From an uncultured bacterium (GTDB taxonomy: Bacteria; Actinomycetota; Acidimicrobiia; Spongiisociales; ZC4RG35): DNA of 64,000 bases. The notes under the pieces were generated by a model. It saw only the letters and a list, made by a program, of their open reading frames with translations. It was not told the origin of the DNA and searched no databases. A program made the position numbers and the translations under genes. Below, piece by piece: positions 44,811 through 54,754 of this stretch (the stretch's first letter is position 1; each line of letters begins with the position of its first letter). The stretch is from the NCBI GenBank assembly GCA_963792365.1, contig CAWBVW010000001.1, forward strand, positions 359,312-423,311, in the 5' to 3' direction.

Positions 44811-46904
44811 TCAGCCGATGAAAGCCGAGGCGAAGATCAGCGACACGATGGTCATCACCTTGATGACGATGTTCATCGATGGACCGGAAGTGTCCTTGAA
44901 GGGGTCGCCGACGGTGTCGCCGATCACGGCGGCCTTGTGCGGTTCCGAGCCTTTGCCGCCGTGATGTCCGCTCTCGATGTACTTCTTGGCGTTGTCCCAT
45001 GCGCCACCGGCGTTGGCCATGTAGATGGCCAGAAGGAAACCCGTGACGAGGGCACCGGCCAGGAACCCTCCGAGGGCTTCCACGTCGATGAATCCGATGA
45101 CGAGCGGGAACACGATGGCCAGAAGCCCGGGGACGACCATCTCCCTGAGGGCCCCGGCCGTGGCGATGTCGACGCACTTGGCGTACTCGGGCTTGACGCC
45201 CTCGCGGCCCTCGCGCAGACCCGGGATGTCCCGGAACTGGCGGCGGACTTCTTCGATCATCGTGAACGCCGCCCGACCGACGGCCTTCATCGTGAGTGCT
45301 GCAAACAGGAAGGGGAACGCTGCACCGAGGAACAGGCCGATCGTCACCCGGACGTCGGCGATGTTGATGCCGGCGGCCAGCGGGTTCTCCACGCCCTTCA
45401 ATTCTGCGGCGCTTCCAATTGCCTGGATGAATGTCGAGAACAGTGCGAGGGCGGTCACGGCCGCCGACCCGATGGCGAATCCCTTGGCGATCGCAGCGGT
45501 GGTGTTGCCGAGCGAGTCGAGCGCATCGGTGGTCTCGCGCACCTCAGGCGGCAGATGGGCCATTTCGGCGATGCCGCCGGCATTGTCGGCGATCGGCCCG
45601 TAGGCATCCACCGAGATGGTGATGCCAAGCGTTGCCAACACTCCGATGGCGGCAATGGCAACTCCGTAGATGCCACCGCTCTCGCCCAGCGCCCAGTCAC
45701 CGGCCCAATAGGCAGCGCCGATGCCAATCACGGTCACGAGGACCGAATACGCGGCCGACACCTTTCCGAGCGCGATGCCGGCGATGATCACCGTGGCGGG
45801 ACCGGTCTCGGCCTGGTCGGCCAGACCTTTCACGGACTTGTAGTGGTCAGACGTGTAGATCTCCGAGATCTTCCCGATCACGAAGCCGACGAGCAGTCCT
45901 ACCACCACTGAAATCCAGACGCCGATGGGGTTCTCGGCGACGTCGCCGAAGATCCAATAGGCGAGTCCGAGCACGGCCAATGCCGCCAGCACCATCGCGG
46001 AGTTGGTTCCCCTGTGGAGCGCCGCGGCAAGATCGTTCTCGTCCTTGGGCTTGACCAGGAAAGAACCGACGATCGACGCCAGCATGCCGAACGCCCCGAC
46101 GGCCAGCGGGAACAGGATCGCCGACACCTGGAGCTCACCCGAGAAGGCAAACGCCGCGAATGCGATGGGCGCCACGAGGGAGCCGACGTACGACTCGAAC
46201 AGGTCGGCGCCCATGCCGGCGACGTCGCCCACGTTGTCTCCCACGTTGTCGGCGATCGTTGCCGGGTTCCGGGGATCGTCCTCGGGAATCCCTGCCTCGA
46301 CCTTGCCGACCAGATCGGCGCCGACATCGGCAGCCTTCGTGTAGATGCCTCCACCCACGCGAGCGAACAGGGCGATCGACGAACCACCGAGTCCGATGGC
46401 AGCCACGATCTCGGCACCCCGGATCAATTCTGCGCCGGTCTTTCCGTCCACGAACACCAGGTATCCGAGAGTCACACCAAGCAGACCGAGTCCGGCGACG
46501 GTGAAGCCCATGACGGCGCCGCCTCTGAACGCGAGTGGAAGCGCCTTCTGAACGCCGCCTTCGCGCGCAGCTTCGGCGGTCCGGGCGTTGGCGGCCGTGG
46601 CGATGCGCATTCCCACGAATCCGGCGCCGGCGCTCAAGAGCGCACCGAGCACATAGGCGAGTGCTCGCAACGGCCCGTCTTCCAGCAGCGAGGCGATGAG
46701 CAGGGCCATCGCAACGACGAACACGGAAACCCATGTGTACTCACGCCGAAGGAAGGCCATGGCCCCTTCGCGAATGGCGGCCGCCAATTCGACCATGCGC
46801 TCGTTGCCTTGGCTGGCGGCGTTGACGGTGCGCGTGAAGAGCATCGCCAGCACGATCGCCGCTGCCCCGGACCCGAGCGCGAGTGTCAACACGGTGTTGG
46901 ACAT
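44811..46904 (-). CDS. hppA: Membrane-bound proton-translocating pyrophosphatase
   Basis: ~16 TM. Conserved H+-PPase motifs (...GGIYTKAADVGADLVGKVE..., DNVGDNVGDVAGMGADLFESY, ...AIGDTVGDPFKDTSGPS...). Start at ATG 46904 (GGGAGAG SD). The ORF-track extension to 47102 is unsupported. Confidence 0.95.
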   Translation of the reverse strand: MSNTVLTLALGSGAAAIVLAMLFTRTVNAASQGNERMVELAAAIREGAMAFLRREYTWVSVFVVAMALLIASLLEDGPLRALAYVLGALLSAGAGFVGMRIATAANARTAEAAREGGVQKALPLAFRGGAVMGFTVAGLGLLGVTLGYLVFVDGKTGAELIRGAEIVAAIGLGGSSIALFARVGGGIYTKAADVGADLVGKVEAGIPEDDPRNPATIADNVGDNVGDVAGMGADLFESYVGSLVAPIAFAAFAFSGELQVSAILFPLAVGAFGMLASIVGSFLVKPKDENDLAAALHRGTNSAMVLAALAVLGLAYWIFGDVAENPIGVWISVVVGLLVGFVIGKISEIYTSDHYKSVKGLADQAETGPATVIIAGIALGKVSAAYSVLVTVIGIGAAYWAGDWALGESGGIYGVAIAAIGVLATLGITISVDAYGPIADNAGGIAEMAHLPPEVRETTDALDSLGNTTAAIAKGFAIGSAAVTALALFSTFIQAIGSAAELKGVENPLAAGINIADVRVTIGLFLGAAFPFLFAALTMKAVGRAAFTMIEEVRRQFRDIPGLREGREGVKPEYAKCVDIATAGALREMVVPGLLAIVFPLVIGFIDVEALGGFLAGALVTGFLLAIYMANAGGAWDNAKKYIESGHHGGKGSEPHKAAVIGDTVGDPFKDTSGPSMNIVIKVMTIVSLIFASAFIG

Positions 46905-47104
46905 CGCGGTATCTCTCCCAGGAGTTGGTGTGGGCGGGAGTATATGCCGACGGCGGCTCCGGTTTCGAAACGGCGTCGCCAGGTCGTCGACATCGATTGC
47001 ATATTCGACTGTCGGGGCCACGTGTTCGGCCCGTTGGTGCGCCCCGGCAATGAGCGGTAGCCTGTCGGCCGGCTGGGGATGCAGTCGTTTCAGGGGGATC
47101 ACCT

Positions 47105-48301
47105 ATGTCGAAGATGTATTCGTGCGTGCTGGCCTTCGTGCTCGTCGCGTGCACCACCGCCGGTGCCGCCGACGTCACCAGCTCGACCACGACCACTGCG
47201 CCGTCCACGACCACCACAACCGCACCCACCACGACCACCACCCATCCTCCGGTCGTGTCGCTGGAAGGCGGCGGTGACGCCATCACTCGATACATGAGCC
47301 GGTACTACGGCTACGCCTCAGGGCGCTCGGAGGCCGAACCGGAGCGGGTGCCTGCGGCGTTGCTCCCCGAGGCCGGCTCCCATCCGGATCTCGGAACCGT
47401 CGAAGGCGAAGTTGCGATCGCTACGTACCGGGGGACGCGAATCGCCGTGTTCAAGTCCGATCGTGATGTCATCGGCCTGGTGTACGGCGACGAAGGCTGG
47501 CGGATGGTCGGCGGACGAGCCCCGTCGATCGGGGTCCGCCGGTGGTACGGCAACGATCCGATCTTGGTGGCGGTAGTCGGATCGGATGCCCGTCCCGGAG
47601 AGGATGTGGCGGCCAGCCGGGCCGACTCGATCCACATCCTCGGAATCGACGGGAAGGGTGGCGCCGCGCTCGTGGGGATCCCGAGAGACTCGTGGGTTCC
47701 GATCCCTGGATATGGGACGTCCAAGATCAACGCCTCATTGTCGGCTGGCGGCCCCGAGATGATGATGGCGACCTTCGAAGACCTCTCGGGCCTGGAGTTG
47801 GACGGCTACGTCCTCACCGGTTTCGAAGGATTCGGGCATCTGGTCGACGACGTCCTGCTCCCATTCGAGCTCGACGTGCCGTTCGGGTTCAGCGATCGGG
47901 CGGCAAAAGCCAACTTCGCCGCGGGACCACAGTCGGTCGACGGAACACAAGCTCTGGCCTTCTCGCGCACACGGAAGGCGTTCGCAAGCGGAGATTTCCA
48001 GCGTCAGCTCAATGGAGGGCTGCTCCTCATCGCCGCGCTGGGTGGTGCCAAAGTGCGCGGACCACTTGCGTTCCCTGAGATCATCGCCGGAACGGAAGAT
48101 TGGATGCTGACGGACCTGACGCCTGGAGAGATGCTCCGATTCGCGCTCGCCGCAAATGACGTCAAACTGACCGAGATCGACAATCTCGTGCTGGAAGGAT
48201 CGAACGCCACCACGTCGGGTGGGGCGGCGATCGTGCGACTCAACAGTTCGTTCGCATCCGCCACGTTCGCGGACTTGGCCGACGGCACCCTCGACCAGTG
48301 A
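47105..48301 (+). CDS. LCP (LytR-CpsA-Psr) family cell-envelope phosphotransferase
   Basis: N-terminal TM/signal followed by a Thr-rich linker (TTTTAPSTTTTTAPTTTTT). LCP core ...ILVAVVGSDARPG...RADSIHILGID...ALVGIPRDSWV... Confidence 0.85.
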   Translation: MSKMYSCVLAFVLVACTTAGAADVTSSTTTTAPSTTTTTAPTTTTTHPPVVSLEGGGDAITRYMSRYYGYASGRSEAEPERVPAALLPEAGSHPDLGTVEGEVAIATYRGTRIAVFKSDRDVIGLVYGDEGWRMVGGRAPSIGVRRWYGNDPILVAVVGSDARPGEDVAASRADSIHILGIDGKGGAALVGIPRDSWVPIPGYGTSKINASLSAGGPEMMMATFEDLSGLELDGYVLTGFEGFGHLVDDVLLPFELDVPFGFSDRAAKANFAAGPQSVDGTQALAFSRTRKAFASGDFQRQLNGGLLLIAALGGAKVRGPLAFPEIIAGTEDWMLTDLTPGEMLRFALAANDVKLTEIDNLVLEGSNATTSGGAAIVRLNSSFASATFADLADGTLDQ

Positions 48302-48322
48302 ACTCGACCCGCCGCAGCTGAT

Positions 48323-48357
48323 AGTCCGAGGTCCGAGATCCGAGGTCCGAAGTCCGG
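48323..48357. repeat. Heptanucleotide tandem array AGTCCGA-GGTCCGA-GATCCGA-GGTCCGA-AGTCCGG (reverse complement of the TCGGACN units at 44746-44773)
   Basis: Read directly, immediately after the LCP stop codon. Confidence 0.85.
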
Positions 48358-48381
48358 TGTCTCGCCTATCAGGCGTTCACG

Positions 48382-48969
48382 TCAGAACAGGGTCCGATCG
48401 AGCCTCTTGCGCCGCCGCCGGCGAATGAATGCGACCAAACCGATCACCGTCGCCACGATCAAACCTGTCAGCTCGAAACCCCACATGCGGATCACGGCCA
48501 TGATGCGGTCGACGGACGAAGTCTCGAACGTCTCTGGCGTTCCGAAACGCGACTCCAACAGCAACGCCTCCGCCGACGTCAGCCCGTCCCGGCGCTTGAT
48601 GGCGCTCCGCTGGTCCCCCCAATCGGCTTCGGCGCCACGGAAGTCGTATTCGAGGTCGCCGACGGAGGACGCCGGGTCGCGGGGGCAAGCCTCGAACTGT
48701 CGATCACTCACCTTCCAACGGTCGGTTCGAATACCTCCCCATATCCTCGTGACCACCGAAATCGAAGCGCCCCACGGCAGCGGGTTCGTGGCGAGCGTCT
48801 TGCGTTCGACGACTCCCACGACCCCTTCGTTGGCGGCTGCTCTGCTGAACGCGGGTTCTTCGGGGGCCTCGCACGACGCGGCCATGGCCGACGACGGGCT
48901 GAGCGCCACCGCCAACAGCATCGAGATGATGAGAGCCGATCGCGTCGGGGCACCACGCATGACGCTCAT
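48382..48969 (-). CDS. Hypothetical exported protein with a C-terminal membrane anchor
   Basis: Signal peptide MSVMRGAPTRSALIISMLLAVALSPSSAMAAS. C-terminal TM GLIVATVIGLVAFI followed by RRRRRKR (stop-transfer). Confidence 0.45.
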   Translation of the reverse strand: MSVMRGAPTRSALIISMLLAVALSPSSAMAASCEAPEEPAFSRAAANEGVVGVVERKTLATNPLPWGASISVVTRIWGGIRTDRWKVSDRQFEACPRDPASSVGDLEYDFRGAEADWGDQRSAIKRRDGLTSAEALLLESRFGTPETFETSSVDRIMAVIRMWGFELTGLIVATVIGLVAFIRRRRRKRLDRTLF

Positions 48970-49020
48970 TCTCCACGATCACCCGCGCAAAGCCGGTGAT
49001 TGACCGTCTGCCGGAAACGG

Positions 49021-50754
49021 TCAATGACGACGACCGAGCCATGACAGGAAGTCCTCGCCCGGCATGGTGTTCACCACCCGATCTTTGGGGGTCCATCCAC
49101 GTTGGGCGTTGAGAACGCCGTAACGCATCCTGCCCAGTTCGGAGGTGTGGTGGCTGTCGGTCGAGATCGCCAGGCTGACGCCGTGCGCAAGTGCCCGGCG
49201 GATCACGTCGGACGATGCGTCGAGACGTTCGAGCGCGCCGTTGACCTCTAGCGCAACCCCTGATGTCGCCAGGCCCTCGAGTACCGCTTCGAGGTCCAAC
49301 TCGATACCAGGCCGCCTCCCGATGTACCGACCCGTCAGGTGCCCGATGACGTCGACCGAGGGGTCCGCCATCGCCCTGAGGAGACGTTCGGTCTGACGTT
49401 CGGCAGGAAGATCGAAGTGCGAATGCACGGAGGCCACTGTGAAGTCGAACTCTCGACGGAAGTCCTCGTCGTAGTCCAGCCCGCCGTCGGCACCGATGTT
49501 CAACTCACAGCCGAAGAAGAGCTTGATGTCGGGCACGCTGTCCTGGACGCGCCGAATCGCGTCCCGGTGCTTCAGCATCTGCTCACGGGACGATCCGTTG
49601 ATCGCCAGATCCTCGCCGTGGTCCGTGATCGCGACGTACTCGTGGCCACGTTCCACGGCGGCCCGGACCATTTCCTCCAGGGAGGAACGGCCGTCACCGG
49701 AACGCGTCGTGTGATAGTGGAGGTCGCCTCGAATGTCATCGAGGGTCACGAGGTCGGGCAGCGTGCCGGACCCCGCGGCCTCGATCTCGCCGGTGGACTC
49801 CCGGAGCGGGGGCGGGATGAACTCGAGCCCCAGCGCGTCGTAGATGGCCTCTTCGGTCTCCGACGCAACGACGGACCCCGTCTCCTTGTCGTTCAGGCCG
49901 TACTCGTTGAGCAGCCAACCACGGTCGATCGCTCGCTGCCGAAGCGCAATGTTGTGGCTCTTGGACCCCGTGAAGTACAGAATCGCCGCCCCGAACTGGT
50001 CCGGTGTGACCACGCGCACGTCCACCTGCAGACCGTCACGAGTGACGATGGAGGTCTTCGTATCGCCATGTCCGATCACCTCGGAGGCCTGGGCGTGGCC
50101 CGCCACGAAGTCCATGACGGGGAGAGGGTCGGTCGATGCCACTGTGATGTCGACGTCGCCGATCGTCTCCGAGAACCGACGCAGGCTTCCGCAGTACTGG
50201 ACCGCCGTGACGCCTTTCAGGGCGCTCATCTCCGTCGACAGTCGCTCGGCCAGCGGCATCGCCTCAGAGATGGGTGTTCTGCGGTCCTTGCCGTGCAACC
50301 CCAGCCGCTCGATCGCCTTGCCGATCTTCTCCTCACTGGTTGCCCCCAGACCTGGAAGCCCCCTGAGTGTCTGGGAAGCTATCGCAGCGCGAAGGTCATC
50401 GAGGTTCTCCACACCGAGTTCACGTCGGATGAGCTTCAAGGTCTTCGGCCCGAGGCCCGGGATCTTCGAGAGCTCCACAAAGGCAGGCGGGTACTTTGTC
50501 CTGAGGTCTTCCAGCTTCTGTACCGACCCAGAGTCGACGAACTCACGGATCTTCTCGGCGATCGACTTGCCGACACCCTTCATCTTCACGAGCTCGGACA
50601 CCGACCTGACGGTGACATCGTCGGTCACACCTTCCAGGGCGTGATAGGCGTTCTCATAGGCCCGCACCTTGAAGCTCTGATTGCTCTCCTCATCGAGGAT
50701 CGTGAGCTTGGCGAGCTCGGACAGCATGTCGAGAACGTCACGGTTGGTGGGCAT
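49021..50754 (-). CDS. polX: DNA polymerase X family protein with a C-terminal PHP (3'-5' exonuclease/phosphoesterase) domain
   Basis: PolX HhH and palm segments (...VKMKGVGKSIAEKI..., GSLRRFSETIGDVDITV). PHP motif LHYHTTRSGDG...ITDHG. Start at ATG 50754 (MPTNRDVLDML...). Confidence 0.9.
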   Translation of the reverse strand: MPTNRDVLDMLSELAKLTILDEESNQSFKVRAYENAYHALEGVTDDVTVRSVSELVKMKGVGKSIAEKIREFVDSGSVQKLEDLRTKYPPAFVELSKIPGLGPKTLKLIRRELGVENLDDLRAAIASQTLRGLPGLGATSEEKIGKAIERLGLHGKDRRTPISEAMPLAERLSTEMSALKGVTAVQYCGSLRRFSETIGDVDITVASTDPLPVMDFVAGHAQASEVIGHGDTKTSIVTRDGLQVDVRVVTPDQFGAAILYFTGSKSHNIALRQRAIDRGWLLNEYGLNDKETGSVVASETEEAIYDALGLEFIPPPLRESTGEIEAAGSGTLPDLVTLDDIRGDLHYHTTRSGDGRSSLEEMVRAAVERGHEYVAITDHGEDLAINGSSREQMLKHRDAIRRVQDSVPDIKLFFGCELNIGADGGLDYDEDFRREFDFTVASVHSHFDLPAERQTERLLRAMADPSVDVIGHLTGRYIGRRPGIELDLEAVLEGLATSGVALEVNGALERLDASSDVIRRALAHGVSLAISTDSHHTSELGRMRYGVLNAQRGWTPKDRVVNTMPGEDFLSWLGRRH

Positions 50755-51796
50755 GAGGCGCAGGATACGCGTCAGTCGTCGGCCACCGGTCATAGGCTGC
50801 CGCTCGTCGGTCACCCGAGGTCGCGGGACCAAAACCCAACCCCCCGTTCGGCGTTGATGCCGGGGTCTGGGGTCGCGTCCCTAGACATCACTGGCCGTAC
50901 GCTGGACCGATGCCTTCATTGCACCGCCTCGGGTGGGTCTTGTTCATCGTCAGCTCGGCCCTCTTCACCTGGTCCGGATACCGGGCGCGGGACTGGATCG
51001 CGGTGGCGGGCAGCGTGGTGTTCGGCCTCGCATGCATCTTGTTCCTGCTTCCCGACCGGGAGTGATTCTCTTCACGCATTCCGAAGGTTGCCTTGACCCC
51101 GGCTTTAACGGAGCTCTCGTAGGTTGGAATCAAGCCCAGGCGTCAGGGACGGGTTCTTTTCTCTCTCCCTCCTCGCGTCCCGATGCCTGGACTCTCAAGT
51201 GGATGGTGCGGCGCCTCGGATCCTCCCCCGGGGCGTCGACTCCACCTCCTCCCCAGACCAACCGCGCCATGGTGCGACACGGGGTGCCTTCCCTCCATTG
51301 TCCCCATGGATGTGAAATCCCCCCTGCTTCGCCTCCGGCGAATCAGTCCGCCGGTCGCCTGCGGCGACCTGAGCGAGTTTGCTCCGCAAACTCGACCCGA
51401 CACCGCATGACCAGCAGGGCGCAATCTGCGCTCCACGTGTCAACGGTGAGGTGAGTCCAGCGAGGCAGCCAGGGGGTTTCGAAGTACACGTGTCGCACCA
51501 AGACGGACAGGACACCTTTTGAGGGACGCGGTCAGTGGACCGCGGTCAAATGCCTCTTTGATCTCGGCGCCCATCCAGATCACGGTGGTATCGCCCTCGT
51601 TGTGTCCCCCGTACAGGTGGGACTGGCTGCCGCAGGCAGCCAGGGGGGATTCCGTAATTGCCGTGTCGCCTCGAGACGCGACGGGACACTATCGGTAGCC
51701 GAGCTCCGATCGGTACCATGTTCTCATCGCATGACCACACGAAACCAACAGTCACCCGACAGACAGTCCTCACCGCCAGGATGGCGGGTGGAAGGT

Positions 51797-53755
51797 ATGC
51801 CCGAGGACCAACAGAAGAAGGATCAACCTACTGGTCGCGGGCGCTTCCCCACCCCGCCCGGGGCGAGGTGGCTCTGGATCGTTCTCGCCGGCCTGCTGGT
51901 GGTCAACATTCTCGTGTCGAACGCCCTGCTCCAGCCCGAAGAGCCGATCCGAATCTCATACACCGTGTTCGTCGAGCAGGTGAGGAACGGCAACGTGGAG
52001 TCGGTGACCTCCACCGATCAGACCATCACCGCCCGTCTGATCGAGGCGATCACCGATCCGAACGCCGAAGATGTCACGAGCTCTCGAATCGAGACCGAGC
52101 GCCCGTCCTTTGCCGAAGACGACCTTCTCTCGCTGCTCGAAGAACAGAACGTGGACGTCAACGCCGAAGATCCGGACGCGCCACTGCCCACGTGGCAACT
52201 CATCCTGTTCAATTTCGGACCGTGGTTGTTGATCGCCTGGTTCTTTTTCTACATCTACCGGCGCGCCGGGTCGGCCATGGGCGGGCTCGGCGGGCTGGGA
52301 CGCAGCAAGGCCAAACGCTATGAGGCGACGGAGCATCGGACCACCTTCGACGACGTCGCGGGGATCGAAGACGCCGAGGAAGAGCTGATCGAGATCGTCG
52401 ACTTCTTGAAGAACCCGAAGAAGTACACACAACTGGGCGGGAAGATCCCGAAAGGTGTGCTGCTGTCGGGACAGCCCGGTACCGGAAAGACCTTGCTCGC
52501 ACGGGCCGTTGCCGGGGAGGCCGATGTTCCGTTCTTCTCGATGTCGGCATCCGAGTTCATCGAGATGGTCGTTGGTGTGGGGGCCAGCCGGGTGAGGGAC
52601 CTGTTCAACCAGGCAAAACAGGTGGCCCCGGCCATCATCTTCATCGACGAGCTCGATGCGATCGGCCGCTCCCGAGGCGGCAGCATGAGTATGGGCGGAC
52701 ATGACGAGCGCGAGCAGACGCTCAACCAGATCCTCACCGAGATGGACGGGTTCACAGGCAACGAAGGCGTCATCGTCATCGCCGCCACCAACCGACCCGA
52801 GATTCTCGACTCGGCGCTCCTGCGTCCTGGACGATTCGACCGTCAGGTCCCGGTGAGCCCCCCCGATCAGAACGGACGGCGGGCGATTCTCGAGGTCCAT
52901 ACGCGCGAAGTGCCGCTGGGCCACGACGTCGACCTGAACGCCATCGCCTCCACGACGCCGGGAATGGTGGGCGCAGATCTCATGAACCTCGTCAACGAGG
53001 CAGCGCTGATGGCTGCCCGGCGCAACCACGCCCGAGTGATGCTGGGTGACTTCACGGACGCGCTCGAGAAGATCGTTCTCGGAACCGAACGCCGCATCAT
53101 GATGAGCCAGGAGGAGAAGGAGCGGACGGCGTTCCACGAGTCCGGTCACGCCCTCCTCGGCATGCTCCAAGAAGGTGCGGATCCGGTCCGGAAGATCTCC
53201 ATCGTTCCCAGGGGACGGGCCCTTGGCGTCACGCTCCAGTCTCCCGACGCCGACAAGTACTCATATCGAGTCGATTACCTGCGCGGCAAGATCATCGGCA
53301 TGCTCGGTGGCCGGGCCGCCGAAGAGGTCGTGTTCGGCAACGTCTCGACCGGGGCCGAGAACGACATGGTCCAGGCGACCACGCTGGCCCGCAACATGGT
53401 GGGCCGTTGGGGAATGTCAGACGCGATCGGGCCGGTGACCGTCTTCGATGATCGCACCGTGGACGCCTTCGGGCGCCCTCAGGTGTCGGAAGCGACCATG
53501 GAACTGGTCGACTCCGAGGTTCGCCGGATCATCGAGGAGTGCTACGTCGCGGCCGTCGAGCAACTCAATCAATATCGGGACAAACTCGACTCCCTCACCG
53601 AAGCGTTGCTCGTCAAAGAGACGCTCGAAGAGCAGGAGGCATACGAGGTGGCCGGTATCGCCCGCACCGTCAATCCCGATCGCCCGATTGCGGAGACGGT
53701 CGAGCCCCCGGTGGAAGACTTGCCGGTGGAGCCGGTTTCCGGGATGCCGTCGTAG
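51797..53755 (+). CDS. ftsH: ATP-dependent zinc metalloprotease FtsH (second paralog)
   Basis: TMs, Walker [32 protein letters not shown] zinc site. Start chosen at ATG 51797 (GGTGGAAGG SD-like). ATG 51731 or the track's 51602 are alternatives. Confidence 0.9.
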   Translation: MPEDQQKKDQPTGRGRFPTPPGARWLWIVLAGLLVVNILVSNALLQPEEPIRISYTVFVEQVRNGNVESVTSTDQTITARLIEAITDPNAEDVTSSRIETERPSFAEDDLLSLLEEQNVDVNAEDPDAPLPTWQLILFNFGPWLLIAWFFFYIYRRAGSAMGGLGGLGRSKAKRYEATEHRTTFDDVAGIEDAEEELIEIVDFLKNPKKYTQLGGKIPKGVLLSGQPGTGKTLLARAVAGEADVPFFSMSASEFIEMVVGVGASRVRDLFNQAKQVAPAIIFIDELDAIGRSRGGSMSMGGHDEREQTLNQILTEMDGFTGNEGVIVIAATNRPEILDSALLRPGRFDRQVPVSPPDQNGRRAILEVHTREVPLGHDVDLNAIASTTPGMVGADLMNLVNEAALMAARRNHARVMLGDFTDALEKIVLGTERRIMMSQEEKERTAFHESGHALLGMLQEGADPVRKISIVPRGRALGVTLQSPDADKYSYRVDYLRGKIIGMLGGRAAEEVVFGNVSTGAENDMVQATTLARNMVGRWGMSDAIGPVTVFDDRTVDAFGRPQVSEATMELVDSEVRRIIEECYVAAVEQLNQYRDKLDSLTEALLVKETLEEQEAYEVAGIARTVNPDRPIAETVEPPVEDLPVEPVSGMPS

Positions 53756-53788
53756 GCAGGCCCTCGCCGGCATCGGGCATCCGGGTCG

Positions 53789-54697
53789 TCAACGAATCCG
53801 TTCGTGTTCGCCGATGCCGGCCCACCCTTCGGTGATCGACCACAGACGGGCGGCTACGTCCGCATCGACGGCCTCCGCGCTCGGCTCGGATTCGGCGCAC
53901 TCATCGAAGTAGCGCCCGCCGATCCCATCCAACTCGGGAGCAGTGGCAACGTAGCAACTGGTGGCGGCGCCCTGCGCCACCGATCTGGTGAATGGCCGCA
54001 TCGCCAGCATCGCGATGCGCGCAAGCAGCCAGCCGCGTCCGATGCCTGTGGGGATCATCGTGCCCGGATGGAGCGAGTTCGACGTGACACCACGAGAGGC
54101 GACTCGACGATTCAACTCGTTGGCGAACAGGACGTTGCAGAGCTTCGCCTGTCCGTAGGCGATCATCGGCCGGTATTTCTCCTCGGTGAGCGGCAAACGA
54201 TCGAAGTCGAGTGTGGCCGGCGATCGGTGCGATTCGGACGCCACCACGACCACCCTGCCGCCACCCGACGCCTCCAGCTTTGGCAGCACGAGATGGGTCA
54301 GCAGGAAATGACCGACGTGACACACCCCGACGGTGCGCTCGAACCCCTCCTCCGTCGTGAGATACCGGTCACTGATGAGACCGGCGTTGCAGATCAGAAC
54401 ATCGAGCGAGGCGTCCTGGAGCATCTCGGCACCCTGTCTGATGCTGTCGAGGGATGCGAGGTCCACGGGCAGGGGATCGACGAGGACTCCGGGATGCATT
54501 TCGGTGATCCGATCGCACGCACGTTCGGTTCGAGTGGCGTCACGGCCGGCGATCGTGACCCGGGCCCCGCCCGCGGCGAGAGCTCGGGCGGTCTCGAAAC
54601 CGATCCCGCTCGTAGCACCGGTGATCAGAATCCGGCGGCCCATCGGATTGGAGATCTCAACGACCTCATCGGCGGTCGTGCGGCGGTCGAAAGACAT
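53789..54697 (-). CDS. SDR family oxidoreductase (retinol-dehydrogenase-like)
   Basis: ILITGATSGIGFETARAL (TGxxxGxG), NAG, and catalytic YGQAKLCN. Confidence 0.85.
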   Translation of the reverse strand: MSFDRRTTADEVVEISNPMGRRILITGATSGIGFETARALAAGGARVTIAGRDATRTERACDRITEMHPGVLVDPLPVDLASLDSIRQGAEMLQDASLDVLICNAGLISDRYLTTEEGFERTVGVCHVGHFLLTHLVLPKLEASGGGRVVVVASESHRSPATLDFDRLPLTEEKYRPMIAYGQAKLCNVLFANELNRRVASRGVTSNSLHPGTMIPTGIGRGWLLARIAMLAMRPFTRSVAQGAATSCYVATAPELDGIGGRYFDECAESEPSAEAVDADVAARLWSITEGWAGIGEHERIR

Positions 54698-54754
54698 TGC
54701 TGGGACGCTAGTTGAGCATGGGGTGCTCGCGGCGGATCCGTATCATCGGCATCG

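Noticed and set aside
44571-47060. Large ORFs antisense to hppA (44571-45911 +, 46014-47060 +, 46135-46734 -)
   Set aside because: The minus-strand hppA product has unmistakable H+-PPase motifs across the whole region. The antisense ORFs are His/Arg/Gly-rich shadows.
51100-51700. tmRNA (ssrA), RNase P RNA or SRP RNA in the long ftsH2 leader
   Set aside because: GGGGGTTTCGAAG superficially resembles a tmRNA 5' end. There is no tRNA-like 3' end (…GGTTCGAnTCC…CCACCA), no tag ORF ending ALAA, and none of the RNase P (GGAAAGTCCGG, AGGGTGAAA) or SRP (AGGTCCGGAAGGAAGCAGC) core motifs. Kept only as an unassigned structured leader.
51602-51796. N-terminal 65 aa of the ORF-track FtsH2 ORF (MSPVQVGLAAAGSQGGFRNCRVASRRDG...)
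   Set aside because: It overlaps the second copy of the leader repeat and hairpin and lacks FtsH-like features. The ATG at 51797 with a GGTGGAAGG upstream gives a canonical short cytoplasmic N-terminus before TM1.
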